A DNA stretch of 64,000 nucleotides. Source: Setoptus koraiensis. Its lineage: Eukaryota > Animalia > Arthropoda. Both the position numbers and the translations under genes were made by a program. The DNA lies in assembly GCA_048013815.1 (NCBI GenBank), contig CM106585.1:5332001-5396000 (forward strand), read 5' to 3'. The notes below the pieces were generated by a model. It was not told where the DNA came from. It made no database searches and saw nothing but the letters and a program-made list of their open reading frames with translations. Below are positions 59,028 to 64,000 of the stretch, in pieces; the stretch's first letter is position 1; the number at the start of each line of letters is the position of its first letter.

Positions 59028-62000
59028 ATGATACTCAATAGTAGCCACAGCAACAACCAAACCACCATGCTCAATCCTATCGTTCAACATCAACCACAAT
59101 CACAACATAATAATCATCTCATGCAGCCTCAATCGCAAACACAACAACCACCTCCATCACAACAGCAACAACAACAGCACCCACTACTGCAATTGCAAGA
59201 TATACAAACTCCGCTGGCCACTTACGTAAAACAACAATTGCAACAGCCACATATACTATTTAATCTATCACCTATTGATGTAAGAGATGAATATGACGAC
59301 AGAACAACTAAATGCTATCATTCTGTGCAAGCGATGATAGCGAAAAAATCAGAGAAAGAATGCAATGATATTCTCGTGGCCGCCATCAATAAAAATCAGC
59401 ATGCCTACGAAGATATTACAATTGGTCTGCTAGTTTCACTATTAAAAGAATCCGACGGCGCTCGCTATTATAGAGATATAGTTCACATCAACAAGGACGG
59501 CCTGGGACTATTGATTTCACAATTAAACTATATCATAGTGGAAAAAACTAACAAGTTAAAAGAGCACTCAATTAAGCAGATATTATGGACTATTAACCAA
59601 CTAATGAAGTCAAATGTGGCCCAAACCGATAGTGTCTGTCATTTTATACTTAGACAAATCGTCGGCGGTGATGTGTCACCAAAAAATATCTGGCTTACTG
59701 AAAGTGTTCTAGATCTATTGATTGAAAATAGACCATGGCTAGTTAACAATGCTAATAGTTTTATGATATCAACGGTAATCTACACTTATTTGAGAGTTGT
59801 CGCCGATCACACTTACTCTACATCCACAATCGGAAATCAATTTGCCGCATTGAGACAAAAAGAAATTGATTTCTTGATAGGCCTTATAAGGGAAAAGTTT
59901 TCTGATTGTATCACTATAGGCCGCGATTTTGTTAGGTTGTTACAGAATGTTTCTTATAAAATTCCAGAGTTTGACAGTTTATGGAATGATATTGTTAAAA
60001 ATCCCAAGTCCCTCGCAGCAAGTTTCCAGGGACTCCATCAGCTTCTAGCTATCAGAACTCCTAGACGCTTGTTTCAGTCACGCCTAACACAAGAAATGGA
60101 AAAAAAGATTCTTTTTCTAGCGTCCCACGTAAAATTTGGACAACAAAAGAGGTATCAAGATTGGTTCCAGAAACAGTATTTGTCCACGCCAGAAAGTCAA
60201 TCATTACGCTGTGATCTCATACGTTACATATGTGCTGTTATCCACCCAACAAACGAAGTTTTATGCTCTGAGATATTACCACGATGGGCTATAATTGGTT
60301 GGCTATTGACCACATGTACTTCTCAGGTCGCTTCACACAATGCCAAGTTATCAATATTCTACGACTGGTTATCTTTTGACTCGGAGCGTGACAACATCAT
60401 GAACATAGAGCCTGCCATACTTTTGTTGCATCATTCAATGCGATCTCATCCAGCGATAACAGCTAGCTTACTAGAATTCTTGTGTCGATTGCCCCAAAAT
60501 TTTCAAACAAACTACCTGATAGACAAGGTGAAGCAAGGTATCAAAAATTCTTTATCGAAGATTCAGGAAAAACGAGTCCTACCGTAAGTACCAAACTCCA
60601 GACAAACATATTTACTTCTTATTGCACATTGCGCTAACTAATGTTTATCTCCCAATATTCTTTCCGAACTTAGGTCATTGTCACCACTATTCGACAATCC
60701 TAAATTTGACTCTGCGCTTAAGAACCTACTTAGAGAAACCTTTCCTGAATTTTGTTCTTCGTCTCAGAGCACCGACGCGCCCAGCACAATTAAATCCGGA
60801 AATGCAGCATGTGGAAATACTAATATATCTAATGCGTCCTCTCAGGATACAAATTCAAATGATACAGCAAATGATAAGAATGCTCTCACGATACCACCAT
60901 TCACAGGACCTAATCATTCACCAGACGAAACATCTCCCATGAAAAAGCCGACATACAGTAACAGTCAACCTCCTAACAAACCCGCGCTTCGGGTCCCACC
61001 CTCTGAATCTTGTCCTGGGGTTGACTCTGAAAGCAGCATTCCTAACATTGATACAGGAGTAGACACTCTCAACCCTAAAAGACCTCTTCCTGCCACCAAA
61101 AAGTGTGATAGCGATAGTGAAATCCGGCCCAAACAAGAACCCCCGATCAAAAAACACAAATCAAAACATCCACCTGAAAGTGCGAATGATACTAACAATT
61201 CTGTGCTAAATGTTGCCTCTGATGTTAATTCTAAACAATCAGAAAGTGTCTCATCTCCCGAAGAAATTATCAACCATCACAACACTACCTCTACTTGTTC
61301 AAATAATAACACCAGCGCGAAGGAAAACACTCCAAAAACCCATCAAGATCAAGTTGCTGGTCGGAAGGAGACAAAAGTTATCTACCCATTTATGAGCATA
61401 GCCAGTCACATAAATTTTGAACCTGCGAGAGTTATGACTCAATTTGAGAAACCCGTGAGACAATTATTCGAGAGTTTATTGAAAGAAAGGTAAGTACATG
61501 CTTCAGGTGTTAAACCCTATTTTAGCATAATCTTTTCAGTTATTCTAACCCTCTCTAATCAAATCTTCCGGAACCATTCAGTGACAATGAAGTGCGATGT
61601 GATATTATGGACAAGTTGATTACTACATTCAGCAACGAGGAGATATTTGATTCTGGTTTGATTGCTGAATTTGCAATGACCATAGCATACGCCGTTCAGA
61701 ACGATTTTTCTTGTAGAGTTTTCCCATCTAGTCAAAGCGCTGAATCTCTTGAAGAATCAATAGGTTCGCCGATATTTGTACTTATGAGGACTATACTGAC
61801 CTGTCGAGAAGATAAGCCTACCCAGTATGAATTGCTAGCTCTGTTGGTTGAAATATCTAATTCGATCAAAGGTATAGGATTCCTACTCATATATTTCCTC
61901 AAGGGTAAGTGAAGGAAAACTCGAATGTTCAAGTATTCATTTTCTCAAATAACAATTACTCTAATTGATATACTTTCATTCTCTTTTCTCTAGTCTCCAT

Positions 62001-63253
62001 GCCAACGGATAAATCTGATCTGGTTTCTACTTACAAAGCGTTCTGCAAATCTGCCAAAAAGGATATATCGAGAAGTTTACAGGACGACATGGAGATGGCT
62101 CATCAGTTCGATGTGGCGATGTTCTGCTTTATTGTACCCGCAATATACGAACATTTTTCATCATCTGTATTAGGGAATGCCCACCTCTTACATATCGTAG
62201 TTTCTTGTGTAGATTCTTTCGAATTGCAGCAATTAATTTGTTTGGTTGTTCAGAGAAGCTTGGTCATGATAGACGAAGAATCTCTCTCGGACTTGTTAAG
62301 TAAGTATCTCTAGTTAGAGCGATTCACATCCTTATTTTTACATTATCTGAAACACGAAATTCATTTATGCTTTTGCATAACCCTTCTATTTATAGGTATT
62401 AGCCTTGATTGGGAAACATGGGAACAATATTGTTTATGGCAATTGATGATCGCGCATGATGTGTCCATTGATACTGTACTGCCCGTCATATCCAAACTTG
62501 ACCACCGATGTAAGTTCCAGAGCTTCAGATCTTATTCCATATCGTTCAAAATCTAGATGCATGATAATTGATTTTTCATCTGTCTCTATTTTATATTTGT
62601 TCAGCTCACTCTGAGGCTTTGACCTGCTCATTATTAATGTTAAAGAGAGAAACACCTAATTTAACGATTTTGAAGCAAGTGATGCACCGAGAATTCAAAA
62701 AAGAGGATCTATTCACCGTATCCCTACTCACAAGTTGGTCTGAGAAAAAAGAAGCCAAAAGGGAACTTGCCAAACTAATAGGGGAACTATTAGATTCTAA
62801 ATCAAACAACCCCAGTGTTAGGAGGAAAGGGTAATTTTCGATATTTTGTCACAATCTCAGTTAACTCCCATACCAACGATCAGCCTCGTCTATAATTGAG
62901 CAAATCCTAAACTTTCAATCTGTTTCAAATTTTATCTCTCCTCTGTTACTTGTAGGCAAAAAAATAATTCGGCCAAGCCAAATCAGTCCAACATATCAAA
63001 TCGGACTGAAACTATTCTTAGTCACCTGGATCTATTCCGGCAACATTCTAGTAACAATCTTCTTTCGCAAGAATCTATTCGGACTTCCCTGCACCAGGTC
63101 CAACTCCTCTGTAATGACATCCAGAAGAACAAATTTGGAGATTTGTTTGCTTTAGCTGAGGAGGCGCCAGATTTCCAATCTGGTAAACGGTCTAAAGAGC
63201 TCACTCAATCTAAGAGTAAGAGATTGAAGAAACATTTGGACGATCCGATTTAG
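59028..63253 (+). CDS. INTS3: Integrator complex subunit 3 (SOSS-A), 7 exons, ~1212 aa
   Basis: join(59028..60583,60674..61489,61582..61904,61994..62299,62396..62509,62605..62830,62956..63253). All six introns are GT-AG (90, 92, 89, 96, 95 and 125 bp) and the reading frame is preserved across every junction. Motifs: HVKFGQQKRYQDWFQKQYLSTPESQSLRCDLIRYIC, PRWAIIGWLL, NIMNIEPAIL, SLDWETWEQYCLWQL, KFGDLFALAEE. Confidence 0.96.
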
Positions 63254-64000
63254 ATCGGTGGCAAGTAAACTGATAAATCTTGATCAGACAATTTATCCGA
63301 TATTAGTGAATGATGCGAATCTACTCTATATGATAGATTGACATGACTAGATTCTTTTTTCAATAAGCTATTTATACTTGTTTGTTCAAGAAAGTGTATG
63401 AGCCGCGAATCGGTACCAGTGATTACGAATGATATTTGTTTTGATGTGCGTGCACTATGACGTGAGAGAAATATTTATTTTTTAACATATAAAATACGAC
63501 GATTTTCATTTCAACCTGATCTAAACAAGCGCAGAAACCAAGACAAAGGCTTTACAAACAACTACTATTATGGTTGTAAAAAACATAAGCTCTAAATCAA
63601 TTGTCCTTTCAAGTCTGTAGTGTCTACAGTATGCTCACCGACACTATGATGATGAAGTAAAGTGTGTGGAATAACGACCGCGACTAGTGTTTTTGTCCTT
63701 CTAGATAAGAGCTAGTTGGTTAGCTAGATGTAAATGTATTCGACTGTAGCGCACCTCAACAAACATTTGTCCAGTGAACGGTAAAGAGTTCTTTTATGGT
63801 GTTTTTTATTATTAATTGTGACTTAATATAGATTGTGTCATTGTTTAGTGTGTCATGTTAGTGATGCCTCAGGTTGTTTTTATTTTTCTACTCTTTCTAA
63901 TTTGTCGGGTACACCAACTAAAATGTGGTTATACATTCAAATTGTTGGTGATAATCATTTTTTAACATAAAATCTATGACCAAGATTCTCGCCTACATAA

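Noticed and set aside
60622-62834. Separate ORFs 60678..61493, 61592..61912, 61999..62313 and 62568..62834 as independent genes
   Set aside because: They are internal exons of INTS3 joined by canonical GT-AG introns.

Overview
Eukaryotic genomic DNA from a compact-genome animal. An arthropod, possibly an eriophyoid-type acariform mite, is inferred from the intronless housekeeping genes, ~90-bp introns and Asn/Gln-rich proteins; the species cannot be proven from the sequence. The window has two very different halves. (1) About 1-30.9 kb is a GC- and CpG-rich domain with no recognisable protein-coding gene. It is dense in GGGCCC/GGGGCCCC motifs (~60 by manual count versus ~5 in the remaining 33 kb), perfect inverted repeats (arms up to 24 bp) and 10-33-bp tandem micro-arrays. 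(2) About 31-64 kb is AT-richer and genic. It holds a 188-aa Cys-rich orphan ORF, an intronless ~2,970-aa secreted or membrane-anchored mucin-like ORF, a 105-aa secreted Trp/Tyr-rich orphan with TATA box and polyA signal, and a 194-bp hAT-like foldback MITE. It also holds intronless UBA2 (SAE2) and eIF2A genes lying tail-to-tail with only 22 bp between their stop codons, both apparently lacking their canonical C-terminal tails, and a 7-exon INTS3 gene whose six introns all lie in the 3' part. No rRNA, tRNA or CRISPR array was recognised. Homology calls come from recalled motifs, not database searches.
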